Shown here piece by piece: positions 30,323 to 40,290 of a stretch of 64,000 bases of DNA; within the stretch, counting starts at the first letter, position 1, and each line of letters opens with the position of its first letter. The stretch lies in NCBI GenBank assembly GCA_039588295.1, contig JBDHAB010000004.1, positions 96,001-160,000 on the forward strand, given 5' to 3'. The stretch is from Gemmatimonadota bacterium (GTDB lineage: Bacteria > Gemmatimonadota > Gemmatimonadetes > Gemmatimonadales > GWC2-71-9). The notes under the pieces were generated by a model. It worked only from the letters and a program-made list of their open reading frames with translations, did not search any database and was not told the DNA's origin. The position numbers and the translations under genes are program-made.

Positions 30323-32344
30323 GTGGCTGAGCAACGTTGGCGCCTGCGGAAGCTGTCGCGGCCCCTCAAGCTGGCGGTGCAGATCGGCGTTCTCGCGATC
30401 ATCCTCGCGACGATTGGCGCGGTGGGGTTCATCGAGTACTCGGGCCAACCGAGTTTCTGTCGCAAGTGTCATGTCATGGAGCCGTACTACCAGTCCTGGG
30501 CGACATCGACGCACAACGACGTGAAGTGCATCGAATGCCACTATGCGCCGGGACTGCGTGCGGAGGCCATGGGCAAGTTCCAGGCGGCGAACCAGGTAGT
30601 GAAGTACGTCACCGGGGCATACGGAACGAAGCCCTGGGCAGAGATCGAGGACGCGGCGTGCTTGCGCTCTGGCTGCCACTCGTTGCGCAAGGTGGAAGGA
30701 GTCGTCAGCTACAGCCCGGGTCAGCACAGCAATGTCATCGTTCGGTTCGATCATACGCAACATCTGGGTGAGCTCCGGCGCGGCAAGCAACTCCGCTGCA
30801 CGAGCTGCCACTCGCAGATCGTCCAGGGCAACCACTTGGCGGTCACGCCGCAGACGTGCAACCTCTGTCACTTCAAGAAACGCGTGACCGCCGATCCGGT
30901 TGCGGACTGCGTCGCGTGCCATCGATCGCCGCCCAGGATCGTGTCGCCGGCCGGGTTCGTGGTCGATCATCCGCAGTACGTCCGTGATCTCGTGTCGTGC
31001 AGCTCCTGTCACCAGGAAGTGGTGAGTGGCACCGGTGAGGCACCGGACTCGCGATGCTATACCTGTCACAACGAACCCGACCGCCTCGCGGAGTTCGACA
31101 ACACCGAACTCCTGCACCGGGTTCACATTGCCGAACACAACGTCGAGTGCGCCCAGTGCCACACGCCGATCGAGCACCGCACGGTCTCGCTCAGCGTCAC
31201 GGCGGAGCTCGACTGTGCGTCGTGTCATCGGAGCGTTCACGAAGCACAGCAGCGCCTGTACGCCGGCATCGGCGGTCACGGCACCGAAACCACGCCGAGC
31301 TCGATGTTCCTGGCGCGTGTGTCCTGCGAGGGCTGTCATGAGCTGCGCAAGGAGATTCGCGGGCACGAGCAGGTGAACCTGGCCGGTGAGGCATCGTGCC
31401 TCTCGTGTCACGGCATCCAGTACGCCAACATTTTGCCGTCCTGGCAGCAGGAGATGGATCGCAAGGTCCGGGCGGCGGGTTCGGCGGTTCGTGGAGCGCG
31501 GCGAGCGGCGGGGTCAGGTCCGTCGAGCACGCGCGCTCGGGTCGACAGCTTGCTCGGTCTCGCAGAGGACAACGTCGAGTTCGTGCGGCTCGGTAAGGGC
31601 GCGCACAATATCGCCTACGCCGACCGGTTGCTCCGGGCCAGCCTCGATCTGGCGCGCGAAGCGGTGCGCACCGGGCCGTTGTCGTACCGCGTCCCCAGCG
31701 TCGACCTGGGTCCCGAAATCGGTGAGAATGTCTGCTTACAGTGCCATTTGGGAGTCGAGCGGCGGACCGTGACGTTCCAGGGTACGAAGTTCAACCACGA
31801 GCGTCACGCGGTCGACGCAGGTCTGCCGTGCACCAGCTGTCACACGGGCCTCGATGACCATGGGAAGAACCTGCTCTCGAGCACCGCAGACTGCGTCGGC
31901 TGTCATCATCGAGAGGTGAGTCCAGAGACCTGCGCGCATTGCCACGCGGGTCCGGGAGGCGCGCCCGAACGCGTGGTGAGCCATCCCGTGGGGGACTTCC
32001 CGCACGACCGGCACACGTCGGCGGGGCTCCCGTGTGCCGCGTGCCACCGGCCCCCCGCAATGAGTGCGAGAGAGCTGGACTGTTCGACCTGCCACGGCCT
32101 GCACCATCAGCCCGAGGCGAATTGTCTCTCGTGCCACCGTGAGGGCGCCAAGGGGAGACACGACATCGCGTTTGCCCATCTCCAGTGCAGCCAGTGTCAT
32201 GGCGACAAGGCGGCCGGCCTCACCAAGTGGAGTCGGCAGATCTGCACGGTGTGCCACGTCGACCGCGTGGAGCACAACGCGCCAGTCGCCTGTGAGCTGT
32301 GCCACGAAATCGCGCCCATCGGGTCCGGGGGGTCCGACGGGTAG
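30323..32344 (+). CDS. Very large multiheme cytochrome with NapC/NirT-like N-terminus
   Basis: N-terminal TM, PSFCRKCHVM...W.TSTH..VKCIECH; 21 CxxCH plus CLRSGCH. Confidence 0.9.
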   Translation: MAEQRWRLRKLSRPLKLAVQIGVLAIILATIGAVGFIEYSGQPSFCRKCHVMEPYYQSWATSTHNDVKCIECHYAPGLRAEAMGKFQAANQVVKYVTGAYGTKPWAEIEDAACLRSGCHSLRKVEGVVSYSPGQHSNVIVRFDHTQHLGELRRGKQLRCTSCHSQIVQGNHLAVTPQTCNLCHFKKRVTADPVADCVACHRSPPRIVSPAGFVVDHPQYVRDLVSCSSCHQEVVSGTGEAPDSRCYTCHNEPDRLAEFDNTELLHRVHIAEHNVECAQCHTPIEHRTVSLSVTAELDCASCHRSVHEAQQRLYAGIGGHGTETTPSSMFLARVSCEGCHELRKEIRGHEQVNLAGEASCLSCHGIQYANILPSWQQEMDRKVRAAGSAVRGARRAAGSGPSSTRARVDSLLGLAEDNVEFVRLGKGAHNIAYADRLLRASLDLAREAVRTGPLSYRVPSVDLGPEIGENVCLQCHLGVERRTVTFQGTKFNHERHAVDAGLPCTSCHTGLDDHGKNLLSSTADCVGCHHREVSPETCAHCHAGPGGAPERVVSHPVGDFPHDRHTSAGLPCAACHRPPAMSARELDCSTCHGLHHQPEANCLSCHREGAKGRHDIAFAHLQCSQCHGDKAAGLTKWSRQICTVCHVDRVEHNAPVACELCHEIAPIGSGGSDG

Positions 32345-32447
32345 CCGCTCGCGCTCCTTGGCCGCCTTCGGCTCTGAGGCAGCGTTGAATTCGTCTCCAC
32401 CAGTTCGCCTCCAAACATGGACTATCGCAACGCGGAGCCAAGCTGGT

Positions 32448-32571
32448 TGTAGATATTCTCCACAACCAGTGTCGAAAAACACTACACCTCTGCGATAGTC
32501 CCCGTCTTTCCTGGTCGTTGAAGTCGCTCTGCAGCACGACCTTCGTCTCCTTGGTGTAGAGATTCTCTACA
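32448..32571. promoter_or_regulatory. Three TGT-N11-ACA enhancer-like sites (32448-64, 32470-86, 32555-71)
   Basis: TGTAGATATTCTCCACA, TGTCGAAAAACACTACA, TGTAGAGATTCTCTACA. Confidence 0.75.
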
Positions 32572-32659
32572 ATCCGTCCGTTGCCTCAGTCCCCGACGAC
32601 TACCACGTAACTCGTTACTTGGCAATTAGTTAGTCGACGGATCCCGCCCCAAGAGCGCG

Positions 32660-32674
32660 CGGCATTTGGCTTGC
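32660..32674 (+). promoter_or_regulatory. Sigma-54 -24/-12 promoter
   Basis: CGGCAT-TTGGC-TTGC (GG-N10-GC), about 80 bp upstream of ATG 32757. Confidence 0.8.
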
Positions 32675-32756
32675 CTTGTGTTGGGGGTGGGCGTGGCGGG
32701 GTCAGCGACCTCTTCCGGGCGCCACCCGGTCACGACACAGACGCAAGGAGCGACCG

Positions 32757-33428
32757 ATGGCAGTGCTACTTGGCATTCTCACGATCGCGGCGCTGATCGG
32801 CATCGACGTGCTCTTCCTGCGCGCTCGGCGAGCGCGCCGCGCCGAGGCAGTGGCGCCGCCGCGGCTTCCCCCGCTGTCAGAGTCCATCACCCGTCTGCCG
32901 CAGGGGGTTTTTCTGCACCCTACGTTCACGTGGAGCCGCGTCAGGGAGGACGGAGACGTCGTGCTTGGCATCCACCCGCTCCTGTTCGGACTCGTGGGTG
33001 CACCGTACCAGATCGACGTGCTGTCCGAGGGGCAGGAGGTGGAGCGCGGCGGCGAGTTGGTGAAGCTCGGCCGCAGCGGACGCCGCCTCACGGTCCGCTC
33101 GCCGGTTTCCGGTCGGATTTCGGCGGTCAACGATGTGTTGACGGGCGAAGCCGAGTGGGACGGAGTGGAGGCGGACGACGGCAGGTGGGTCTACCGCATC
33201 ACGCCGCAGGGTCTCGGGGAGGAGGTCCCCTCGTGGTTCGTTGCCGAGCGCGCGAGTGAATGGAGCCGGCGGCAGTACGAACGGTTCAAGGAATACCTGT
33301 TCGGGGTGCTGCACGCGGGAGAGCTCGGGCTCACCATGACCGACGGTGGTGATGTGCCGAACGGGATTCTCGGGCGCCTCGCGGGCTCTGCGTGGGACGG
33401 GATTCAGCAGGAGTTCCTGGATCCATAG
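32757..33428 (+). CDS. Membrane-anchored GcvH-like protein 1 (no lipoyl Lys)
   Basis: N-terminal TM; HPTFTW, RSPVSGRISAVN; LGLTMTDGG. Confidence 0.75.
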   Translation: MAVLLGILTIAALIGIDVLFLRARRARRAEAVAPPRLPPLSESITRLPQGVFLHPTFTWSRVREDGDVVLGIHPLLFGLVGAPYQIDVLSEGQEVERGGELVKLGRSGRRLTVRSPVSGRISAVNDVLTGEAEWDGVEADDGRWVYRITPQGLGEEVPSWFVAERASEWSRRQYERFKEYLFGVLHAGELGLTMTDGGDVPNGILGRLAGSAWDGIQQEFLDP

Positions 33429-33517
33429 GCAGCATGATGGGTGGCATGTGGCGACGCCTGCGGCTCGAAGTTCGGGCCGTTGAGGGGAACGAGTGTGGAT
33501 GAGGGGACGGAGCGACG

Positions 33518-34384
33518 ATGAATCGAAGAGATTTGCTCAAGACGCTTGGGGCGGCTGGTGGCGCGGCGCTCGCCGGTCGGCCTGCGGCTGCGCAGGAAGC
33601 GGTGCCCTACGCCGGAGACACGGTCGGGGTACTGGTCGACACGACCAAGTGCATGGGGTGTCGCATGTGCGAGGTCGCCTGTGCTCAGGCCAACGGGCTG
33701 CCGGAGCCGGAGACCGACGTCGATCTCTCGACGCTCCGGTCCACGTCGCCGACGCAGTGGTCGGTGGTCAACCGGATGGAAACGGAGCGGGGCCCGGTCA
33801 ACGTCAAGCGGCAGTGTATGCACTGTCTGCAGCCGGCGTGTGCGTCGGCGTGTCTCACCAATGCGATGCACCGCACGGGCGAGGGTGCCGTCATATGGCG
33901 AGCGGGCAAATGCATGGGGTGCCGGTTCTGCATGGTCTCGTGTCCCTTCGACGTGCCGAAGTTCGAGTACGACAGCGCCAATCCCAAGATCCAGAAGTGC
34001 GTGCTGTGCTGGGATCGGCTCGAGGACGGGAAGCAGCCGGCCTGCGTCGAGAACTGCCCGTTTGGCTGTCTCGAGTTCGGGCGGCGTTCCGAATTGTTGG
34101 ACATTGCGCGGGCGAGGATCTACTCCGAGCCCGACAAGTACGTGCACCACATCTACGGCGAACACGAGGCTGGCGGGGCGGCATTTCTCTATCTCTCGTC
34201 CGTCCCGTTTGAGCAGTTGGGGCTCCGCACCGATATCGGGACGACGGCGTATCCCGTGTATACCAAGGAGTTTCTGTACGCCGTGCCGCTCGTGCTCACC
34301 TTGGTGCCGCCGCTTCTGCTGGCCGTGAGTAAGGCACGTCGCGGCGACGCGGAGGAGCCGGAAGAGGGGGGTGGGGAGTCATGA
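33518..34384 (+). CDS. Tat-exported 4x[4Fe-4S] protein, HybA/FdnH-like, C-terminal TM
   Basis: MNRRDLLK; four Cys clusters; IYGEHEAGG. Confidence 0.9.
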   Translation: MNRRDLLKTLGAAGGAALAGRPAAAQEAVPYAGDTVGVLVDTTKCMGCRMCEVACAQANGLPEPETDVDLSTLRSTSPTQWSVVNRMETERGPVNVKRQCMHCLQPACASACLTNAMHRTGEGAVIWRAGKCMGCRFCMVSCPFDVPKFEYDSANPKIQKCVLCWDRLEDGKQPACVENCPFGCLEFGRRSELLDIARARIYSEPDKYVHHIYGEHEAGGAAFLYLSSVPFEQLGLRTDIGTTAYPVYTKEFLYAVPLVLTLVPPLLLAVSKARRGDAEEPEEGGGES

Positions 34385-35649
34385 CCACGATACCGATTGC
34401 GGGACACCAAGCGGGACTTCGGTCCGAGGTTGGACGGTTTGTCCGGTTCCTGCTCCAGGAGCTCAAGCCGAAGGGCAAGATCCTCACCCCGTTCAATGTC
34501 ATCACCGGGATTATCGTCGCGGTGGCTGCGGTGTTGCTGGCGATCCGCTTCACTCGTGGACTGGGAGCGATCACCAATCTGTCGCAGGACTATCCGTGGG
34601 GACTGTGGATCGGCTTTGACGTGATCACAGGAGTCGCCTTTGCTGGCGGCGCCTACGTCATCACGTTCATGGTCTACATCCTCGGCATGGAGAAGTACCA
34701 TCCGATTGTCCGGGTGACCGTGCTGAACGGGTTCTTGGCGTACGTGTTCTACGCGGGAGCCCTGCTGTTGGACCTCGGCCGACCCTGGAACGTCATCAAC
34801 CCCGTCATTGGCAACTCGTTCGGGGTGAGCTCCGTGCTGTTCCTCGTCGCGTGGCACTTCATGCTGTACATGATGGCGGAGCTGGTGGAGTTCTCGCCGG
34901 CCGTAGCCGAATGGCTGGGCTGGCGCCGGGTCCGCAAGGTGCTGATGGGGATGACGCTGGGTGCCGTGATCTTCGGCATTACGCTGTCCTCCCTGCACCA
35001 GTCAGGGCTGGGTGCGCTCTACCTCATGGCGCGCGACAAGATCCATCCGCTCTGGTACTCGGAGTTCATCCCGATCCTGTTCCTGGTGTCCAGCATTTTC
35101 GCCGGACTCTCGATGGTGATCTTCGAGGGAAGTATCACGCACCGTGTGTTCCGGCATCGGGTCGGTGCGACGCTCGAAGCCTCGCACGGCGGGATTCAGT
35201 TGGGGCTCGCCCGCATCTGCGCGGGGGCGATGTTCGTCTACCTGGTCCTCCAGCTCTTGGTGTTCGTGCATGGACAGCGCTGGGAGCATTCGGCGACGGG
35301 GTGGGGCGCGTGGTATCTGCTCGAGCTAGTCGGCTTCGTGGCGATTCCAGCGTTCATGTTCGCCGAGAGCCATCGGAGCGGCTCGGTGCGGCTGCTGCGG
35401 TACGCGGCCGTCCTCACCTTGGTGGGTATCGTGCTCAATCGGCTCAACATTTCTGTGATTGGGTTCAAGTGGTATGCGGCAGTGCGGTACGTTCCCTCCT
35501 GGCAGGAGATCTGGGTGACCCTGGCGGTGATCTCCGCAGAGATCTGGGTGTTCCGGTGGGTGGTGAATCGCATGCCGGTGCTCGATTTCGCAATGGGGCA
35601 CGGCACAAGATCAGAGCCCGAACACGACTCGGTCCGATCGGTAGCGTGA
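34381..35649 (+). CDS. NrfD-family membrane protein, HybB/HmcC-like
   Basis: YPWGLWIGFDV, DLGRPW, SSLHQSGLG, IHPLWYS. Confidence 0.9.
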   Translation: MTTIPIAGHQAGLRSEVGRFVRFLLQELKPKGKILTPFNVITGIIVAVAAVLLAIRFTRGLGAITNLSQDYPWGLWIGFDVITGVAFAGGAYVITFMVYILGMEKYHPIVRVTVLNGFLAYVFYAGALLLDLGRPWNVINPVIGNSFGVSSVLFLVAWHFMLYMMAELVEFSPAVAEWLGWRRVRKVLMGMTLGAVIFGITLSSLHQSGLGALYLMARDKIHPLWYSEFIPILFLVSSIFAGLSMVIFEGSITHRVFRHRVGATLEASHGGIQLGLARICAGAMFVYLVLQLLVFVHGQRWEHSATGWGAWYLLELVGFVAIPAFMFAESHRSGSVRLLRYAAVLTLVGIVLNRLNISVIGFKWYAAVRYVPSWQEIWVTLAVISAEIWVFRWVVNRMPVLDFAMGHGTRSEPEHDSVRSVA

Positions 35650-35661
35650 GAGGAGCGCGCG

Positions 35662-36357
35662 ATGCAAGGCGCAACAGGTGACATCTTCGCGACGAAGGGT
35701 CTCGAGTACCTCATCGTCATCGGGTATTTGCTCCTGCTCATGGGCGTGTGGCGCCTTCTGAGTCCGCCCAAGCTCGCGAGAGTGCGTGGGATGAAGCCGC
35801 AACCAAAGGCGGTTGCTCCACCCCAATGGTTCGCACTCCCGAGCGGCGTGTTCTATCACCAAGGGCATGGATGGGCTGCGCCGACCGATGGCGACACCGT
35901 TCGCGTCGGGATGGACGACTTCGCGCAGCGCTTGGTGGGGAAGCCGGACGCGATTGTCTTGCCCCACGTCGGCGAGCGGCTCGAGCAAGGCGTCGAGGGG
36001 TGGGCGCTCCAGTTCGGCACCGAGAGGATCCCAATGGTGTCGCCGGTGAGCGGGGAAGTCGTGTCGGTGAACCCCGCGCTGGCGCAGTCGGTGGACGCGG
36101 TGAACGCTGATCCGTACGGGCGCGGCTGGTTGTGTGAGGTCAGCGTGTCGAGCCCACGAGCAGCCTTCAAGAACTTGTTGAGTGGCGAGCTCGCGCGCTC
36201 CTGGATGCGCCAGGTCGTCGAACGGCTGCGCCAGATGCCCACGGCGTCCTTGGGTGTCGTCATGCCGGACGGCGGCGTGCCCGTGTCCGGATTTGCACGG
36301 GTCATCGCGCCGGACGATTGGACGAACATGGCTCGGGACCTGCTGCTCAGCAGCTGA
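35662..36357 (+). CDS. Membrane-anchored GcvH-like protein 2 (no lipoyl Lys)
   Basis: YHQGHGW, VRVGMDDFAQ, SPVSGEVVSVN, DPYGRGWL; LGVVMPDGG. Confidence 0.85.
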   Translation: MQGATGDIFATKGLEYLIVIGYLLLLMGVWRLLSPPKLARVRGMKPQPKAVAPPQWFALPSGVFYHQGHGWAAPTDGDTVRVGMDDFAQRLVGKPDAIVLPHVGERLEQGVEGWALQFGTERIPMVSPVSGEVVSVNPALAQSVDAVNADPYGRGWLCEVSVSSPRAAFKNLLSGELARSWMRQVVERLRQMPTASLGVVMPDGGVPVSGFARVIAPDDWTNMARDLLLSS

Positions 36358-36400
36358 CCGGGACGCGACGGGAACCGCGGTCGCGAGAAGGGAGGCCACA

Positions 36401-37189
36401 GTGTACGGCTCGGAAGAGCTTCCCTGTATCTGGGTGCTGGCCGGCGTGTTGAGCTACCGCGCGTGCGACCGGAACTACGATTGCGAGCACTGCGAGTTGT
36501 ACCACGCGCTCCGGGGGAGGACGGTTCCGGACGCTGAGCGGATGGTGCTCGGGGCCCGAGCCAAGCGAGCGGGGGAAGACACGACGGGGGTCGCGGACGA
36601 CGTGGTCAACGCGTATGTCTGCTACCTGACGGCTGGGTGCACGCTCCACTTCGACCGGCCGTACAGCCCCGGCCATTTTTGGCTCGAGGGCACCAACGGT
36701 CTGGTTACCGTCGGCCTCGATGATCACGTGCTCCGTGTGTTGTACCCCGTGGAGGAAACCGTTCCCCCCAAGGTCGGCATGTGTCTCAAGCGCGGGGAGC
36801 CGTGTGGCTGGGTCGTGCGTCGTCGCTCGACGATTCCGCTCACCATGCCGGTCTCCGGCGAAGTACAGGAGGTCAACGGCCGCTTCGTGACTACGGTGCG
36901 GGACACCCACCGCGGCGGGAACGACGAGCCGTGGTTCTTCCGAGTGGAGCTGCACGAAGACATCGACGCGGTGCCCGGTCTCTATCGCGGTGAACAGGCA
37001 CTGCAGTGGTACCTGCACAAGATCCAGGTGCTCAAGCGGCACCTACGTGATGCGGTCGCGCCCGAAGAGCAGTGCCATCTTGGCGCGATGATGGCGGACG
37101 GCGGGACACCCAGCCTCGATCTCGAGGCCATCCTCGGTTCCGAAGGCTTCGAGGCTCTGGTCGACGAGATCTTCCGAGTGCACATTTAG
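36401..37189 (+). CDS. GcvH-like protein 3 with N-terminal CX12CX5CX2C
   Basis: GGAGG RBS plus GTG; CIWVLAG...CDRNYDCEHC; GHFW, VGLDD, MPVSGEVQEVN; LGAMMADGG. Confidence 0.8.
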   Translation: MYGSEELPCIWVLAGVLSYRACDRNYDCEHCELYHALRGRTVPDAERMVLGARAKRAGEDTTGVADDVVNAYVCYLTAGCTLHFDRPYSPGHFWLEGTNGLVTVGLDDHVLRVLYPVEETVPPKVGMCLKRGEPCGWVVRRRSTIPLTMPVSGEVQEVNGRFVTTVRDTHRGGNDEPWFFRVELHEDIDAVPGLYRGEQALQWYLHKIQVLKRHLRDAVAPEEQCHLGAMMADGGTPSLDLEAILGSEGFEALVDEIFRVHI

Positions 37190-37286
37190 AGGAGGAGACG
37201 GGCGCCGAGTGGGTGTCTGCGGCGGCCGCTGCCAGAGGTGGGTGCCAGCTGGCTGGCGGGCTGGGTGGGTGTACGAAGGGCGGACC

Positions 37287-38954
37287 ATGGCCAATCGATC
37301 CGGGATCAGATCCGTCACGTCGACGTTGAGCTTCAAGCTCTTCATCGTGCTCTTCGTCTCGGTGCTTCTCATCTTCTCCGTACACGCCGCGATAGGGAAC
37401 CGTTTTCAGCGGGGCAACCTGGAGACACTCGTCAAAACCGAGGCCTACCGCACCAGCGACCTCATCCGCCAGAGCCTCTTCAGCAGCATGCTCGCCAATG
37501 AGCGCGAGCGCACGTACGACATGATCGTGCAAATGGCGAACGAGCCGGGCGTCGAGCGGATTCGCATCTTCAACAAGCGCGGCGAGATCAAGTTCTCGAG
37601 TGACGAAGGCGAGATCGGTCGCAGTGTCGACCTTCAGGCGGAGGCTTGCTACGTTTGTCATTCCTCATCGGATCCTCTCACAGCGGTCCCGAGCCCGGAA
37701 CGAGCACGGGTCTTTCGACTCGCGAGGTCGGATCACCGGGTGCTCGGCATGATCAACCCGATCGGCAACGAGGAATCGTGCTGGAATGCGGCGTGCCACG
37801 CGCATAATGCCGATCAGTCGGTGCTCGGCGTCTTGGACGTGCAGATGTCCATGCAAACGGCGGACGAAGCACTCGCCGCCGGCCGGCGTCACACGGTAGA
37901 AGTGGCGGTGATCATCATTCTCCTCTCGAGCCTCCTCATGGCGGCGATCGTGTACCGGGCGGTCCACGTGCCCACAAAGAAACTGCGCTCCGGAACTGAA
38001 GCGCTGACGGCAGGGAATCTCGACGTCGAGATCGACCTCAAGCGCTCGGATGAGCTCGGAGCGTTGGCAGCGTCGTTCAACAAGATGGCGCGGAGTCTCA
38101 AGGCGGCCGACCAGGAGTTGCGCGAGTGGTCACAGACGCTCGAGGACCGAGTGCAGGAAAAGACGGAGGCACTCGACGAAATCAACAAGCAAATGATCCA
38201 GGTCGAGCGCACCGCCTCGTTGGGGCGGATGGCGGCAACGGTGGCGCACGAGCTCAACAATCCGTTGTCGGGCATCGTGACCTATGCCAAGCTCGTTGCG
38301 AAGAAGGTCGAACATCGTATGCCTGAGGGGCGCGATCGAGAGAAGATCCTGGAGCACCTGGATCTCGTGCGTTCGGAGTCGCTCCGGTGCGGCAATATCG
38401 TGCGGGATCTCTTGACGTATGCGCGGGGCAGGCAGGCCCAGTTCGAGCCGGCACGATTCAATGACATCGTGGAACGTGCGCTCAAGCTCGTAGCGCATCA
38501 CATCCAGTTGGGTCAAGCGCGGCCTACCGCCCGACTCGAATCGCGGTGTGACGCGCTGATCTGCGATCCCGAGCAGCTGTTGCAGGCACTGGTGGCACTC
38601 TTGGTGAATGCGGTGGAGGCGATGCCGGAGGGAGGGGAGCTCACCGTCCGCACGTGGGATGGAGAGGCCGACGGGGAGGAACGGCTGTTCGTGAGCGTAC
38701 GCGACAAGGGAGTCGGAATCCCTCGCGACGTGCAGCCCCACATCTTCGACCCGTTCTTCTCGACGAAGAGCGACGCCAAAGGGGTGGGACTAGGGCTCGC
38801 CGTCGTGTACGGTATTGTTCAACGGCATGAAGGCAGCATCTCGGTCGACTCGAAACCGGGAGAGGGCACCACATTCGTCGTGACGCTTCCCCGCCATCTC
38901 GTGCCCGGGGTACATGAGGCGGTCGCCGCCCAGGAAGGCACAGTGGGTTCATGA
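37287..38954 (+). CDS. Sensor histidine kinase with periplasmic heme-c motifs and HAMP
   Basis: Two TM; CYVCH and CWNAACH between them; AHELNNPL, FDPFFSTK, GLGL. Confidence 0.93.
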   Translation: MANRSGIRSVTSTLSFKLFIVLFVSVLLIFSVHAAIGNRFQRGNLETLVKTEAYRTSDLIRQSLFSSMLANERERTYDMIVQMANEPGVERIRIFNKRGEIKFSSDEGEIGRSVDLQAEACYVCHSSSDPLTAVPSPERARVFRLARSDHRVLGMINPIGNEESCWNAACHAHNADQSVLGVLDVQMSMQTADEALAAGRRHTVEVAVIIILLSSLLMAAIVYRAVHVPTKKLRSGTEALTAGNLDVEIDLKRSDELGALAASFNKMARSLKAADQELREWSQTLEDRVQEKTEALDEINKQMIQVERTASLGRMAATVAHELNNPLSGIVTYAKLVAKKVEHRMPEGRDREKILEHLDLVRSESLRCGNIVRDLLTYARGRQAQFEPARFNDIVERALKLVAHHIQLGQARPTARLESRCDALICDPEQLLQALVALLVNAVEAMPEGGELTVRTWDGEADGEERLFVSVRDKGVGIPRDVQPHIFDPFFSTKSDAKGVGLGLAVVYGIVQRHEGSISVDSKPGEGTTFVVTLPRHLVPGVHEAVAAQEGTVGS

Positions 38955-40288
38955 GCAAGCGAAAGATCTTGATCGTTGACGATGAGATGTCGGTGCGGCA
39001 ATCGCTCGGCGAGTGGTTTCTCGAGGACGGCTTCGAGGTCGAGACGGCCGAAGACGGCAACCTCGCGCTCCAGAAGATGGAGCACGGTCCGTACGATATT
39101 GTGCTGGTAGACCTCAAGATGCCGGGCATGGACGGTATCGCGCTCCAGAAGCGCATCCGTGAGATCGACAGCCGTGCCACGGTCATCATTCTCACGGCAT
39201 ACGCATCCGTCGACACCGCGGTCGAAGCCTTGAAGCTCGGTGCGTTCGACTACGTGACCAAGCCCGTCGACCCCGATGACCTCTCCAACCTCGTGCGCAA
39301 CGCGCTGCGTCAGCAAGAACTCTCAGAAGAAAACGTCCGGCTCAAGGAGAAAGTCTCTGCGCTGAGTCAGGCGTCTCCCATTGTGGGCAAAAGCAAGAAG
39401 ATGCAGCACGTGCTGGAAATGATTAGCACCGTGGCCGAGACCGATTCGACGGTCGTGATCCGCGGAGAGAGCGGCACGGGAAAGGAGCTGATTGCCCGAG
39501 CCATCCACGCCCAGAGCAAGCGCCGGTTCTTCCCGATCGTGGCCGTGAATGCCGGATCGATCCCGGAAACGCTGTTGGAAAGTGAGCTGTTCGGACACGA
39601 GAAAGGCGCGTTCACGGGTGCGCAGTACCGCCGGAAAGGCAAGATCGAGTTGGCGCACGGCGGCACCCTCTTCCTGGATGAGATCGGCGACGTGACTGCC
39701 AAAATGCAGATCGATCTCCTGCGGGTCCTCGAGTCGAAACGGTTTACTCGGCTGGGAGGCAATCAGGAGATCACATCTGATTTTCGTTTAGTGTGCGCGA
39801 CGAACAAAGACCTCGAGGGGATGGTGGCGGATGGCCGATTCCGGGAAGATCTGTATTACCGGATCAACGTGTTTAGCATGCAGGTGCCGCCGTTGCGGGA
39901 GCGCCCCGAAGACGTCCTGCCGCTCGCCATGTTCTTTCTCGAGAAGTACGCGCGCGCCATGGGGAGACCGGTGCCGGCGCTGACATCGGTGGCCGAAGAA
40001 GTGCTGTGCCGCTATCGGTGGCCCGGCAACGTGCGCGAGCTGGAGAACGCCATCGAGCGGGCCATGGTGATCGGCAAGGGACCGACCATCGAGTCGGACG
40101 ACTTGCCCTTCCGGGAAGACCAGCCCGATCCGGCGAGATCGGCCCGTTCGCTCGCTGCGCTGGAGCGGGTACACATCGAGCGTGTGTTGCGGGAGACCGA
40201 TGGCAACGTGACGCAGGCGGCCCGAGTGCTCGGCATCGATCGCGCAACGCTCTACAACAAGATCAAGAGGTACGGCATCAGGCGGTAA
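38951..40288 (+). CDS. Sigma-54-dependent response regulator (NtrC/AtoC/ZraR family)
   Basis: REC, GESGTGKE, GAFTGA, WPGNVRELEN, Fis-type HTH. Confidence 0.95.
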   Translation: MSKRKILIVDDEMSVRQSLGEWFLEDGFEVETAEDGNLALQKMEHGPYDIVLVDLKMPGMDGIALQKRIREIDSRATVIILTAYASVDTAVEALKLGAFDYVTKPVDPDDLSNLVRNALRQQELSEENVRLKEKVSALSQASPIVGKSKKMQHVLEMISTVAETDSTVVIRGESGTGKELIARAIHAQSKRRFFPIVAVNAGSIPETLLESELFGHEKGAFTGAQYRRKGKIELAHGGTLFLDEIGDVTAKMQIDLLRVLESKRFTRLGGNQEITSDFRLVCATNKDLEGMVADGRFREDLYYRINVFSMQVPPLRERPEDVLPLAMFFLEKYARAMGRPVPALTSVAEEVLCRYRWPGNVRELENAIERAMVIGKGPTIESDDLPFREDQPDPARSARSLAALERVHIERVLRETDGNVTQAARVLGIDRATLYNKIKRYGIRR

Positions 40289-40290
40289 TC

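Noticed and set aside
32448..32571. CRISPR-like repeats
   Set aside because: Only three 17-bp imperfect copies, irregular spacing, no cas genes; fits enhancer sites
33518..35649. Hydrogenase-2 operon
   Set aside because: No small or large hydrogenase subunit nearby; hypB is 25 kb away and alone
32757..37189. Glycine cleavage system
   Set aside because: H-like proteins lack the lipoyl Lys; no P, T or L genes in the window
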